Below are positions 35,538-36,078 of a stretch of 36,078 bases of DNA, one piece after another. The first letter of the stretch is position 1; each line of letters begins with the position of its first letter. The stretch comes from a bacterium. Lineage in GTDB: Bacteria > T1Sed10-126. A model generated the notes under the pieces. That model had not been told where the DNA came from and ran no database searches. It saw only the letters and a list, made by a program, of their open reading frames with translations. Made by a program: the position numbers and the translations under genes. The DNA lies in assembly GCA_051744565.1 (NCBI GenBank), contig JBNJDC010000001.1, positions 1 to 36,078 on the forward strand. The letters run 5' to 3'.

Positions 35538-36078
35538 ATGGTAAATCCACGCAAAGTTGAATGGGTTGAAGAATTAGAAGATGAAATTGAAGAGTCGGCA
35601 AACCTGATTTTTACCGGGTTTCGCGGCTTGACAGTAGAAAAGATGGAAAATTTACGGCGCCAGCTTTACGATTGTGATACCACCTATCGAGTGGTTAAAA
35701 ATAGACTGGCGCGCCGTGCTTTTCTTCAGGAAAACGTCGGTGAAGAAACGAGCGATGAGTCTTCGGCCACTGAAAGAAAAGAGGAAGCTTCGGAAGCGGA
35801 ATTGACGGATCTACCCGGAGTGGGACCGGCAACTGCAGAAGATTTTCAGGCTGCCGGTTTTAATTCAGTGGTGGATGTTGCTTCTTCCGCCGAGGAGGAG
35901 CTCCAACAGATCCAGGGAGTTGGCCCCTCGCGCGCCGGTGAAATGCTTGAAGAAGCAAAAAAGATAAGCGGACCCCGGAAAGATTCCGAAGAGCAAAAAT
36001 CCTCAAACGGAGAAGTACCTGAAGAGATCAATGAATTTTTAAGTGGAAACACCGCAATAGCATTCAATCGGAAGGGGA
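35538..36078 (+). CDS. rplJ: 50S ribosomal protein L10 (3' end beyond window) with inserted tandem helix-hairpin-helix module
   Basis: The ORF is open from ATG 35538 to the window end, which is why it is absent from the track. An AAGGAGG SD lies upstream. The N-terminus NLIFTGFRGLTVEKMENLRRQL...YRVVKNRLARRAF and the later FLSGNTAIAFN are canonical L10. It lies after rplK-rplA. Confidence 0.85.
   Translation, partial: MVNPRKVEWVEELEDEIEESANLIFTGFRGLTVEKMENLRRQLYDCDTTYRVVKNRLARRAFLQENVGEETSDESSATERKEEASEAELTDLPGVGPATAEDFQAAGFNSVVDVASSAEEELQQIQGVGPSRAGEMLEEAKKISGPRKDSEEQKSSNGEVPEEINEFLSGNTAIAFNRKG

Noticed and set aside
1-36078. I looked for CRISPR arrays, IS elements, integrases next to the tRNAs, toxin-antitoxin pairs, and restriction or other defence genes.
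   Set aside because: I saw no repeat-spacer periodicity, terminal inverted repeats, or recombinase/transposase-like ORFs. Both tRNAs are flanked by core genes.

Overview
This window looks like core housekeeping chromosome. I annotate 39 protein genes and 2 tRNAs, densely packed, and see no transposase, integrase, CRISPR array or recognisable defence cassette. Plus-strand genes run xseB-ispA-dxs-tlyA-recN-M50 protease with an intrinsic terminator at 6232-6262, followed by a GldA-like dehydrogenase. A small less-conserved patch follows at 7.4-9.6 kb: a triple-SH3b membrane protein, a dUTPase/dCTP-deaminase-like protein and a nucleoside-phosphorylase-like protein. A co-directional minus-strand array of more than 10 kb then runs rplU-prp-rpmA-obg-proB-proA-nadD-yqeK-LCP-rsfS-hpt-asnC-aminotransferase-phosphorylase-like gene, with many overlapping start/stop junctions. 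Next is a cell-envelope block: lptD, DUF47, lptF/G, a 3D-domain protein, a PpiD-like chaperone, a TPR protein and mreBCD-mrdA-rodA. The window ends with tRNA-Thr, tRNA-Trp and secE-nusG-rplK-rplA-rplJ. Firmicutes-type synteny (xseB-ispA-dxs-tlyA-recN, rplU-prp-rpmA-obg, nadD-yqeK) sits beside LPS-transport genes, which suggests a diderm Firmicutes-like or deep-branching lineage. The many acidic tails suggest a halophile. I did not find a convincing novel multi-gene system. The most unusual observations are: (1) rplJ, absent from the ORF track because it runs off the window, encodes an L10 with a ~90-aa insertion carrying a tandem helix-hairpin-helix module; (2) an apparently intact Prp protease sits between rplU and rpmA, although L27 has no N-terminal propeptide to cleave; (3) the GldA-like dehydrogenase has lost all three canonical metal ligands; (4) the 3D-domain cell-wall gene has a 198-nt structured leader. 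All calls come from reading the sequence and translations by eye. No database search was run.
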